NCBI RefSeq assembly: GCF_018350175.1
Contig: NC_058368.1
Span: 39,744,001-39,808,000 of the forward strand
DNA length: 64,000 nt
From: Felis catus
Lineage: Eukaryota
Reading direction: 5' to 3'
Numbering within the stretch: position 1 is the first letter of the stretch; each line of letters opens with the position of its first letter. A program made the translations under genes and the position numbers. The notes beneath the pieces are model-generated. The model saw only the letters and a list, made by a program, of their open reading frames with translations, ran no database searches and was not told the origin of the DNA. Of the stretch, positions 1 through 11,026 are shown piece after piece.

Positions 1-180
1 GCTGGAGACCCAGGAAAGCTGGTAGTGTAGTTCCAGTCTGAGTCCCAAAGCCTGAGAACCAGGAGAACAAATAAAAGTAAATTACAATCTGTGTCCAAAG
101 ACCTGAGAACCAGGAGTGTTAAGTCCCAGTTCAAGGGCAGGAGAAGACTGATTTCTGAGCTAAGCAGTCAGGCAAAGAGA
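1..180 (-). mobile_element. MLT2-like ERVL LTR fragment (runs off window start)
   Basis: GGCCTGAGAACCAGG-type subrepeats and AGGGCAGGAGAAGACTGAT...AAGCAGTCAGGCA match the reverse complement of the MLT2 LTR as I recall it. Confidence 0.7.
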
Positions 181-194
181 TGGTTTCCCCTCCC

Positions 195-735
195 TATACC
201 ACACCCAAGAAAAATGAAAACATGTCCACCCAAAAGGTGTGCATGAATTTTTACAACAGCACTATTTATAATAACGAAAAGGTGGAAACCAATTCAATGT
301 CCATCAATAAATGGATGAATAAACAAAAGTGGTATAGACACACAATATAATATTATTTAATCATAAAAAGGAATGAAATACTGAGATATATTACATGATG
401 GACCTTGAAAATATGCTAAGTGATAGAAACTAGCCACACACACACAAAAAACACATATTATATGATTTCATTTATATGAATTATCCAGAATAGGCAAATC
501 TACAGAGGAAAAAGCACAAAATAGTTCCTTAGGATGGAGGACAGGGAATGGAGGGATAAAGAGACGATAGTCAAAAGGTATGGGTTTTCTTTATGTGGTA
601 ATAAAAATGTTCTAAAATTGACTCAATGGTGGTTGCATATATCTTTGAATATGATAAAGCCATTGCATTACGCACTTTCAGTGGGTGAATTGTATGACCT
701 GTGAATTATGTCTCAATAAAACTGTTTAAAATATA
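195..735 (+). mobile_element. Old LINE-1 3' end (L1MB-like)
   Basis: ORF2-end/3'UTR motifs AATGTCCATCAA...GAATAAACAAAA, AAAAAGGAATGAAATACTGA, CCAGAATAGGCAAATC; ends GTGAATTATGTCTCAATAAAAC plus an A-rich tail. Confidence 0.8.
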
Positions 736-2491
736 AAACGACTTGACTGGCAGCAAAGCCAATACATTTACTAGCTGTGTTCTTTCTGAAATGAACCACT
801 TGACACAAAACCATTAAATCCTATATTCAGTTGCCTTTAAATTAAAACCACATTCCAAGGGTTTTTATCTTTTGATTCTGCCTATTTGGTAGAATTTATA
901 GAAAATCTTTTTCAGCAATCATATAATAAAAAAGCAAAAGCATGGGAATTCAGGATATGGAGGTAGCAGTTGTTCAATAACAAAATATGTATGGATTTGG
1001 TATTTGAATCATTTAATAATCATTTAGTATGTGTACCAACCCTTTCAATCACATCAGTTAGAAGAGTTCCTAATAATTTAATCCATACCCATTATAGGTT
1101 TTATGTTTATTCAAAAAGGCAGGTTTCTTTGGGGAATGAAAGTACGACTGCACATCTTAAAACTTTCCCTTGTATAGCAGAGAAGTACCTGTTTTTCCAC
1201 TTACAGACTTTTCTCCTAGGGTGAGAGTTGTGCTAACTGAATGTACAATATTTGGATTTATTTATAAACTAACAACTGCGTGGGAAAGTTGACAATCAAT
1301 TTGACCACAGACAAGTTGAAACAATTTTTTTTCTCCCTCAGAGCAAAATAGATACTTCTTGAAACTACACAAAAGTGTTTAAAACCATTTGATAAATTAC
1401 CACTGCGTTTTAGCCAATCTATTTGGAAACAAATCACAGTAATTTCAGTATTTACAGGGAGATTGCTGGGTCACTGCATATCAGCATTTTTTTAACACGA
1501 CTGTATTTATGTATAGATATGAGAAAAGGAATAAAAAGGAGAGGAAATGGAAAGCAAAGTGGCTATTATACCACCCCCGTTGCCCAACAATCACCATTCA
1601 AGTATTTGCTAGAAGGGCTATCATTGGGCTGGCTACAATTTATCACCATTTTCCTTGTCTTCCTTTCCATTTACTCTCTTATTTTCTGATCTATATACCC
1701 ACAATTTAGATTCTTTAAAAGATACTACTACATTCCCTACCAATATATTTTTTTTTGTTTGCTACATTCATTTACATTTTGACAATTGCTGTAAATAAAG
1801 TTTCCATTTACTTCTTGTCAAGGTTTCTGTTCTTACCCCATTTCCTTTCCTTTCCATGTTTCAGTTGCGGATAGCTGGACAATAACCGCAGTCATTGCAA
1901 CCCACCCATGATTGAAATTCTCTAAATCACCTATCTCTACCTCTGATTTTCCACTCTCACCAAATTTACAAACATTCTTTCACATGCTCAAGATTACACT
2001 GTCTTGTGTAATTTTCCTGCCCTTTCTTAGTTCGTTGTGTTTCTATATATCTTTATTTTGATTTTTAATAATTTAAAAATTCTAACCATGTTTAGAGATG
2101 GTTAATCTTCTTGGTCTTTCAATTATTTTAAAGTATTCCAAACAACTGTGTGACTAAATGCACATTTCTCTTCTTCAATGCAAATGGTTTTGAATTTTGA
2201 TGAAAGAATTCATGAAATTGAACTGGTTGAAAGGTAAATTTGACACAGCTAGGTTTATATCAATTTGAATTCCAGAAAAAGTGGAAAACGTTTTATTTTA
2301 ACCAAATGATGTGCACAAGAACATTATGACTGTTATTCTACCCTTTAACTACCACACTGATTAAAATAGATGCTATACTTTCCTGATTTCTGCTGTATCT
2401 GAATGAATTATACGTTTGGACTACATTTGTATTTTGGAAAAGCATGTTTTCTAAAGCCATAGAAGACTCAGCTTTTTAAAAAACGTATTAG

Positions 2492-2720
2492 GGGGCACCT
2501 GGGTGGCTCAGTCGGTTAAATGTCCGACTTCGTTTGGCTCAGGTCATGATTTCACAGTTCGTGGGTTCGAGCCCCGCATCGGGCTCTGTGCTGAATGCTT
2601 GCTCAGAGCCTGGAGCCTGCTTCAGATTCTGTGTCCCCTTCTCTCTCAGCCCCTCCTCCACTTGCACTCTGTCTCACTCTATCTTTCAAAAATAAATAAA
2701 TGTAAAAAAATAAAAAATAA
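2492..2720 (+). mobile_element. CAN-SINE (felid SINEC)
   Basis: tRNA-like head with A box TGGCTCAGTCGG and B box GGTTCGAGCCC, CT-rich region, AATAAA/A tail; TSD about AAAA(C)GTATTAG. Confidence 0.95.
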
Positions 2721-3129
2721 AAAAGTATTAGTACTAAAGTATTAATATTAAATTTTCTTTTAAAACTGATATCCATTCCTACCTCCACAAAGGAGTTTAT
2801 TTATATCAAATAAAATACATAAATATGACTGAGTTATGAGAGAATTGGTAAAAACTATGAGAATTTTAGCACAGAACAATTTTAGCACAGAACAAGATAT
2901 TACACTGCAGTTCCATTCCCCCACCCCGAAGTTAATGTCAAAAATAATCAAGTGAGTATAATCAGGTATTCCAAAAAGATTAAAGGTATTCATATTTGTG
3001 AACCTTATTCATTGCATGTTACTATTTATTTGTAAAAATTTTAAAAATCATGATTTTTGGAGTTTTAAAATTTAAAAAATCCAGAAGTTTTTAATGACAG
3101 ACCCTATAGTAATGAACATTCTTTGAGTG

Positions 3130-3815
3130 CAAATAGAACAGAAAATAAAGATGTTATCAAGCTTATCAAACTCTATAGACATTTCCAAAGGATTTAGAAG
3201 TCAAAGTAAAGTGACTCCCACTGGTCTAAATAAGTAATTTGAACTTTAATAATAACTTCAATGAACTGAAACTCATCAAATGTGTTTAAACTCATGAGTT
3301 TGTAATGATATTGCAAGAAATAAAAACCAACTGGGCACCTTCTGAGATAACAAGAGACCAATTCATTATTTAGACAAGTTGATAAATCAGAGAGAAGAAA
3401 AGTCAAAGATTTTTCTCTCTTTTCCTATATCAATTGTACCACTAAATAACAGAAAGATAACTGAATAATAGAAGAAGAGAACCACCCTCTTATAATATTG
3501 CTCAAACTAAAAGCAAAAACAATGTATTAATGAACTCAAGGACCTAAATGTGAGCATTGGTAACTGTTAAATATCATAACAAAGAAACACAACCATTATA
3601 TACTGCCAGGTAAAAGAGCAAAATACTGCCAATAGTCTTGTCAGATAAATTAAGTCTGAATCTGATCAAGTCTCTGGATCCTGCTTCCAATTTTTCATGA
3701 AATATGGAGACCAAAGGAACATGTACTACTCCACCAATGAGTTGCTAAGTGTAGGTTCTAGACTGTGGACATACCAAAAATTAAATGACCCAGGCCTGTC
3801 AACAACTAAATTATC
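3130..3815 (+). mobile_element. LINE-1 3'UTR fragment (L1MC4-like)
   Basis: CTCCCACTGG, ATCAAATGTGTTTAAACTCATGAGTT, CTGAATCTGATCAAGTCTCTGGATC and GGAACATGT occur in the order of the recalled L1MC4 3' end. Confidence 0.65.
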
Positions 3816-4121
3816 CCCTGCAAAGGTTAAGTCTGTAATGGTTTTTGGTCATGTTACAGAAAGTCCCGCTAAGCTTCAAATTCTGACAATTCCTCTTATA
3901 TACTCAAAATCCTAACTGATACTTCAACAAAAAGCTTCCTGAAGAAAGCCAGAAGGCTCTACCTTGGCCATATTGTATTCTCCCTCAATCTCAGGACTTC
4001 TTTCATTCCAAAATGCATTACTGAAATCATGTTGTGATGTTACTACAATGTGGGGCAGGAGGTATAACCACATAGTTTTTAATGATCCAGTATTAATTTT
4101 CTTTACAAAATGACAAAATCA

Positions 4122-4330
4122 GGGGTGCCTGGGTGGCTCAGTCTGTTGAGCGTCCGACATGAGCTCAGGTCATGATTTCACAGCTCGTGGGTTCAAGCCC
4201 CATGTCAGGCTCTGTGCTGACAGCTCAGAGCCTGGAGCCTGATTTGGATTCTGTGTCTCCCTGTCTGTGTCTCCCATTTGTTCCCTGTCTGTATGTCTCT
4301 CTCAAAATAAATAAGCATTAAAAAATTATT
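4122..4330 (+). mobile_element. CAN-SINE
   Basis: GGGGTGCCTGGGTGGCTCAGTC head, B box, CT region, A tail. Confidence 0.95.
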
Positions 4331-4398
4331 AATAAATGGCAAAGTTAGCATTTTAGGTTCAGCATGTTGGGCCAAAATGCTGGGAGGTTTTTCTTCTC

Positions 4399-4610
4399 TT
4401 TTTTAAGTTTGTCTATTTATTTTGAGAGAGAGAAAGCATGTGTGCAAACATGCACATATGCATAGAAGGGGCAGAGAGACAGGGAGAGAGAAAATCCCAA
4501 GCATTCAGTGTGGAGCCTGATGCAGGGCTTGATCTCATGAGCCATGAGATCCTGACCTGAGCCAAAATCAAGAGTCAGCTGCTTAACTGAGTGAGCCACC
4601 CAGGCAACCC
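4399..4610 (-). mobile_element. CAN-SINE
   Basis: TTTATTTTGAGAGAG...TGAGCCACCCAGGCAACCC; tail-to-tail with the previous SINE. Confidence 0.95.
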
Positions 4611-5121
4611 TTCTATTTCACATTAGAAAATAGCATATTCCATAAGACAATAAGAAAAGAAATATTTTTTATAATTGCATTATTTATGGCTTAATGCAAT
4701 TTTTTTTTTGGCCAGGGATCTCCAAATTACTCAAACTACTATGCTTCCTTACAATTCCTTTCTTATAGAATGACTTGGAATTGATTGAATGTACCCATTA
4801 GATCCCTCCAGTTGGGTTCCTGCCCCCTGGAATACCAAAAGTTTATACATGTGTGTTATACTTCTGTGCCAAGTTTATTCACCAACTAGACTGAAACTGG
4901 TATTTTGAAACAAGCTCCCAGCTTGGTACACCTGAAGTATCTGAAAATTCTTCAGCCTACCTCTGGCTAAGAATTGTTCTGTCTTGTGAGACTTTTGTCT
5001 AAAAAGTTGGGAATTTTATAGAGATTCTGACTCTAGACAGCTTCAAGAATCAAGCTAAGGCTATGTATGGGCAGGTTGAATGTTTAAGCAGTGATTTGGA
5101 GGGAGACATATCTACCCTTAC

Positions 5122-5295
5122 ATTTTTTCCAGTTTTATCAATATATAATTTATCTATAACATTGTATTACTCCAAGGCATAAAACATAATCATTTATATA
5201 TGTACATATTGTGAAATCATTACCACAATTTTAGTTAACATCTACCTCCTTAAATACTTAGAATTTTTCCTGTGATAAGAATTTTTAAGATCGAT
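5122..5295 (-). mobile_element. LINE-1 3'-terminal fragment
   Basis: T-run, then ATATAATT...ATATTGTGAAATCATTACCACAAT...TAGTTAACATC...TTTTAAGATC, typical of a reversed L1MA/carnivore L1 3' end. Confidence 0.6.
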
Positions 5296-5428
5296 TCTAA
5301 TGAGCTGCACCATTACCTTTTCAGTTGTACCGTTGTTTGGTCAGAAAATATCCCAATGAGTTATGAGTTATACTAATAATAATGGTAATGATGATTACAA
5401 TAAAGCTGAAGTCCTAAAAAAAATATTT

Positions 5429-5446
5429 CACACACACACACTCACA

Positions 5447-5483
<37 letters not shown>
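5429..5483. repeat. (CA)n microsatellite, imperfect
   Basis: Direct reading. Confidence 0.95.
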
Positions 5484-5485
<2 letters not shown>

Positions 5486-6394
5486 CAAATCGTATGAACT
5501 ACTCAGGTAAGCTAGAAGTTTGAAGATGGCTATTCTCTGTGGTTCATAGTCCATTTTATCTGGGACTAAGCCTTGAGTAGGCATTTCACTGTGTACAGAG
5601 CTTAAAAGCCAGAGAAATTCAAGACAAGAGGTTTAGGGTCAGAGGATATATCTCCCTATTTCATTTGTGTTTTTTGCAAAAGCACTAGTCTAGAGATTGT
5701 GGGTCAAGATAAAGTTTAATAATTTTTACAGACAGAGTTATTGCAAACATCTTGCCTAGACATTGTGTATTTCTGTGTGGCTGTCTTGTTTTTTTCCAAG
5801 AGAAATGAGCAAAAACATGCAAATAGGACCCTTCTGATATCTAAGAAAGGCAAAGAGCTCTTTATAAGCCAGAAGTACTCTTTTTCATTTCATGTGCATT
5901 AAATTCTGACACTAATTCAAACTCATTCATACGATTTTCATCCCAACCAATAAAAGCCTTTTGTTGTTGTTTAAGTCAGAGCTCTCTGCTCCCCAAACCA
6001 TGCAAAAATGGTTCTAATTTTTAAAACTTTGTATACATTTCACCCTTTTTATGGTAGATGTGTTTCCAATTAGATAACTCCATAGTACAAATGAAATATT
6101 TATATGACTGATTAATATCCAAAAGTCTTAAAAGGAGCCAGTCATACACACAAAAGGGCTACAATGAGAAGCAAGCTTGTAAATGCTAATTACGTGTACC
6201 ACAAAGAAACATAGGAAACCAGTAAGTTTGCCCATTGGTCAAATGTGAATACAAGGAACAATTGGCTGTATTTCAAATGAAATCAGGAATCAGCTGCATC
6301 ACTTTCAGGTAGGGATGGTCAGGTAGACATGAATAATCTTGAGACGTCCCTTGAAGAAAGAACTGATTTTCATTTGAGTGAAATTTAAAAACAA

Positions 6395-6596
6395 TTTTTT
6401 AATGTTTATTTATTTTTGAGGGACAGAGACAGAGACAGAGAGAAAGCAGGGGAGGGGCAGAGAGTGAGACACACACAGAATCTGAAGCAGGCTCCAGGGT
6501 CCAAGCTGTCAGCACAGAGACCAATGTGGGACTTGAACTCACAAACCGTGAGACCATGACCTAGGCCGAAGTTAGATGCCTAACCAAATGAGCCAC
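6395..6596 (-). mobile_element. CAN-SINE with altered 5' end
   Basis: TTTATTTATTTTTGAG...GAGCCAC; the first ~10 nt of the head are replaced (see findings). Confidence 0.9.
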
Positions 6597-7281
6597 AGTC
6601 GGTTAATTTTTAAAAAGTGATTCAAGTTCAAAGAATGTGAAAACAACACCAACTTAAAAGGTTTTATCTAATAATCAGATTATACATAATTAATGATTTA
6701 ATATGTATTATGAGCACTTTGTCATCTTTGCATTAGAGACCAGCCATCTATCTTTTAAAACCATATTGTTATGATCTATTGGCAAAGTGAATAGTTACTA
6801 GAAATCAAAAGATAACAGAGTCCTCAACACAAGCAAACACAAGGGATAAACAGAAAGATACAACCAGTGTTTTCTGTCACTTGAAAAAGACCATATGGTC
6901 AGATAATATAATCAAAGCCAACCTCCCAATGTTGCTGCTAAAGAGGAAACAAAATGATGCTCATTTACAAAATGGAATCAGACTTGGCTGAAAAACAAAA
7001 CAGTCAGAAACAGTCAACAAGAATAAATGATCTTCCCTGCCTAGTTAGATTTATTACTGGAGCCAAGAAAGGTGAATCAAGATACAAGACACAAAAGAAG
7101 TACATTTTGGAAGCAATCTGTTTAGTTATAATGGGTAGATCTGCCTGGGAATCATGATAGTACTTCTACCAATTAAGAAAAACTTCAGAGGGAAAATATA
7201 TTCTTATTTGCAAAGTTCTACAGGGGAATTTATAGTTCCAAAAAACTTAGATCTATGAAGGAATGAAAAGAAATGGAACTA

Positions 7282-7480
7282 CAGGTACCTGGGGGCTCAG
7301 CTGGTTAAGCATGTGACTCTTGGTTTAGGTTCAGGTCATGATCTCATGGTTTCATGAGTTCGAGCCCCCTATCGGGCTCTATGCTGACAACAATGAACAG
7401 TGCTTGGGATTATCTCTCCCTCTTTCTCTGCCCATTCCCTGATCACTCTCTCTCTCAAAATAAAAAAAAATAAACTTAAT
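7282..7480 (+). mobile_element. CAN-SINE
   Basis: CCTGGGGGCTCAGCTGGTTAAG head, GAGTTCGAGCCC B box, CT region, A tail. Confidence 0.9.
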
Positions 7481-7559
7481 TTCATTTTTTTTAAATAATG
7501 AAATTAGTAAACATATTGTGAATATTATTTGAATATTAGTATCAATAAAGGATAGTTCA

Positions 7560-9218
7560 ACTGACATAAAAACAGACACTCAGATCAATGAAACAAAATA
7601 GAGAACCCAGAAATGGACCCACAAATGTGTGGCCAACTAATTTTTGGCAAAGAGGAAAGAATATTCAATGGAATAAATACAGTCTCTTCAGCAAGTGGTG
7701 CTGGGAAAACTGGGCAAAGACATGCAGAAAAATGAACCTGGACCACTTTCTTACACCATACACAAAAATAAGCTCAAAATGGATGAAATACCTACATGTA
7801 AGACAGGAAGCCATCAAAATCCTCCAGGAGGAAGCAGGCAAAAACTTCTTTGACCTTGGCCTCAGCAACTTCTTACTCAACACATCTCCAGAGGCAAAGG
7901 AAACAAAAGCAAAAAGGAACTACTGGGACCTCATCAAAATAAAAAGCTTCTGCACAGTGAAGGAAACAATCAGCAAAACTAAAAGGCAACTGAAAGAATG
8001 GGAGAAGATATTTGCAAATGACATATCAGATAAAGGGTAAGTATCCAAAATCGATAAAGAACTTATCAAACTCAACACCCAAAAAACAAATAATCCAGTG
8101 AAGAAATGGGCAAAAGGCATGAATAGACACTTCTCCAAAGAAGATATCCAGATGGCCAACCGACACAAGAAAAAATGCTCCACATCACTCATCATCAGGG
8201 AAAAACAAATCAAAACCACAATGAGATACCATCTCTCACCTGTCAGAATGGCTAACAGTAACAACTCAGGCAAAAACATATGTTGGCGAGGATGCGCAGA
8301 AAGATGATCTCTTTTGCATTCTTGGTGGGAACGCAGGCTGGGGCAGCCACTCTGGAAAACAGTATGGAGGTTGCTCAAAAAACTAAAAATAGAACTACCC
8401 TACGACCCAGCAATTGCACTAGTAGGTATTTATCCAAGGGATACAGTGTTTCAAAGGGACACATACTCCCCAATGTTTATAGCAGCACTATTGTTAATAG
8501 CCAAAGTATGGAAAGAGCCCAAATGTCCATCGATGGATGAATGGATAAAGAGATATATATACACAATGGAGTATTACTTGGCAATCAAAAAGAATGAAAT
8601 CTTGCCATTTGCAACTATGTGGATGGAACTAGAGGGTATTATGCTAAGTGAAATTAGTCAGTCAGAGAAAGACAAAAATCATATGACTTCATTCATATGA
8701 GGACTTTAAATTTTTTTATTACGTTTCTTTATTTTTGAGAGGCAGAGAGAGAGAGACACAGTGTGAGTGGGGGAGGGGCAGAGAGAGAGGGAGGCAGAAT
8801 CCAAAGCAGGCTCCAGGCTCCGAGCTGTCAGCACAGAGCCCGATGCGGGGCTTGAACTCACAAACTGTGATACCATGACATAAGCCGAAGTGGGACGCTT
8901 AACTGACTGAGCCGCCCAGGCACTCTGAGGACTTTAAGATACCAAACAGATGAACATAAGGGAAGGGAAGCAAAAATAACATAAAAACAGGGAGGGGGAC
9001 AAAACATAATATACTCTTAAATATGGAGAACAAACAGAAGGTTACTGGAGGGATTGTGGGGGGGGGGGAGTGGGCTAAATGGGTTTAGGAACATTAAAGA
9101 ATCTACTCCTGAAATCATTGTTGTACTATATGCTAACTAACTGGGATGTAAATTAAAAAAAACAAATTAAATTTAAAAAATAATAAAAAAGAATTTCTAA
9201 AAAAAATACAATGGAAAA
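7560..9218 (+). mobile_element. 5'-truncated felid/carnivore LINE-1 (3' part of ORF2, 3'UTR, A tail), frameshifted
   Basis: ORFs 7588-8040, 8098-8307 and 8314-8700 translate to the L1 ORF2p C-terminus ([51 protein letters not shown]); G-rich 3'UTR; 16-bp TSD AATAAAGGATA(G/C)TTCA at 7544-7559 and 9219-9234. Confidence 0.95.
8710..8925 (-). mobile_element. CAN-SINE nested in L1 at the ORF2 stop codon
   Basis: Full SINE with 12-bp TSD TGAGGACTTTAA (8698-8709, 8926-8937). Confidence 0.95.
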
Positions 9219-10303
9219 AATAAAGGATACTTCACAGAGGAAAAACAAAGTTTTCAAAGTAGAATTTATAAGTTATATAAGCAATCTATGACAATTACAC
9301 CAAGAATGGGTAGGGATAAAAGGAATTATATTTTTTACATAATATGTAAAGTGATACTCTAATGTGAAGGACAATTAAGGAATATTAAGGATACATATTG
9401 TAATATTTAGAGACACACTGATCATAGCTTCAAAACTTTGGAGATTTAAAAGGGAATCTCAAGAGTATTTAAATTAATCCTATGGAAAATGGGAAAGCAG
9501 AACAACAACAAAAAGAAAATAAGCGAACAATAGAAAATGAATGGGAAAATGGTAGACAAATATTTTTTAAGATTATATCTGAATGCAAAACATCCTTTCT
9601 TTCTGTGATTGAGATATGTCCTTAGCTTAGTGGTTGCAGGAAATTCCAACTATTTTTCAATTTTTTTTTCTCATGGAAGAATGTACCAATCATTGTCTAA
9701 AAAATTGTCTTTATTCTTTCTTTTATACTAGATTTTATTTCTCACACCATACTTACATTTTAATTAAAAATGTATTTATATATTTTTTAATTAAAATGTG
9801 GGGTAAAAAATTATTTTCTTTTGGAAATTTAAGACAATTATATTCCAGTGTATAATCATACATATATAAGACTAATGTCCATGTAATATTTCTTCTTTTG
9901 TAACCCAACCATTTTTTCTGTCCGGATGATGTTACAATCTTTTTTTTTTTTTTTTTTAATTTAGGATTCTGATAATTTAGCAAAACATATCTCTCTCTAG
10001 GTTAATTCTAGAGCTAGTTTGGTACTCCACTGGTCATCTCAAGCAGAAGACTGATGCCTATGATCTGATTGAGAAAAAAATTCTTCTATGATTTTTAATA
10101 ATTTATTTCTTTGGCTTTTTTTCTGTTCTATAGCACTGGAAATTTTATTATGAATATGTGGAACAAGTGAACAGATTTTTTATGGTTATTTTCTCTAATA
10201 TTACTTTTTTGTATATTTTGCTTCACATTGCAGACCCCCTCAGCCTCTTATACTAAATCACTATGTTTTAGCTGGAAAGGTAAATATAGAAAAGCCAAGG
10301 GGA

Positions 10304-10380
10304 GGGGCACCTGGGTGGCTCAGTCAGTTCAAGCCCAGCATTAGACTCCGCCCTGGGCATGAAGCCTACTTTAAAAAAAG
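10304..10380 (+). mobile_element. Short internally deleted CAN-SINE
   Basis: GGGGCACCTGGGTGGCTCAGTCAGTTCAAGCCC...GAAGCCTACTTTAAAAAAA; A box joined directly to B box. Confidence 0.75.
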
Positions 10381-10707
10381 GAAGAGAAACACCAAGGCGG
10401 AAAATTTGGGGGTGACACTTCACTATCGAACAGTACAGTAAAGACCTATAGAAATAGTAGTGTTTATTAGCACCTTACATATTTGAAAGAAGCCAAAGTA
10501 AGAGATTTCTTCAACTTTCTCAATTATCCTTTTGTGATTTTCCCAAAGACAGATGCATCTTAAAGGATTGCAGTGAATTATTGTAAACTGAATGGGGCCA
10601 TGATTCCAATTGCAACTGATGTTTCAGATATAGACTATTTGATGGGACAAAGAGATAAATCAACACATCCCTGGTATCTGTTAAATAACCAAGGATTTTG
10701 TAAATGC

Positions 10708-10734
10708 AAAAAAAAAAAAAAAAAAAAAAAAAAA
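10708..10734 (+). repeat. Poly(A)27 tract
   Basis: Direct reading. Confidence 0.95.
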
Positions 10735-10808
10735 CTGAACAAAGCAGAAGTGCTTTGCATTCCCCTGACAAGCACAGCAGTGTCCCTTCAAAGTTGTACC
10801 AATTTTTG

Positions 10809-11026
10809 AGGGTTGCCTGGATGGCTTAGTTAAGCACCGACTTCATCTCAGTAATCATCTCACAGTTCATGGGTTCGAGCCCTGCATCGGGCTCTGTGCT
10901 GACAGCTCAGAGCCTGGGGCCTGCTTTGGGTTCTGTGTCTCCCTCTCTCTCTGTTCCTCCCTTGCTAATGCGCTGCTCTGTCTCTGTCTCTCAAAAATAA
11001 ACAAATGTTTAAAGAATTTTTTTTTA
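10809..11026 (+). mobile_element. CAN-SINE nested in the ERV-L relic
   Basis: Head, B box, CT region, tail; degenerate TSD AAGTT...CAATTTTT. Confidence 0.9.

Noticed and set aside
2503..2745. Many short ORFs of the MAQSVK.../SVSPSLSAPP type here and at other SINEs
   Set aside because: Translations of CAN-SINE sequence, not genes
7920..8378. 152-aa minus-strand ORF
   Set aside because: Antisense reading of L1 ORF2, a common artefact
7588..8700. L1 ORF2 as a functional CDS
   Set aside because: 5'-truncated, split over several frames, with a degenerate C-terminal Cys/His motif
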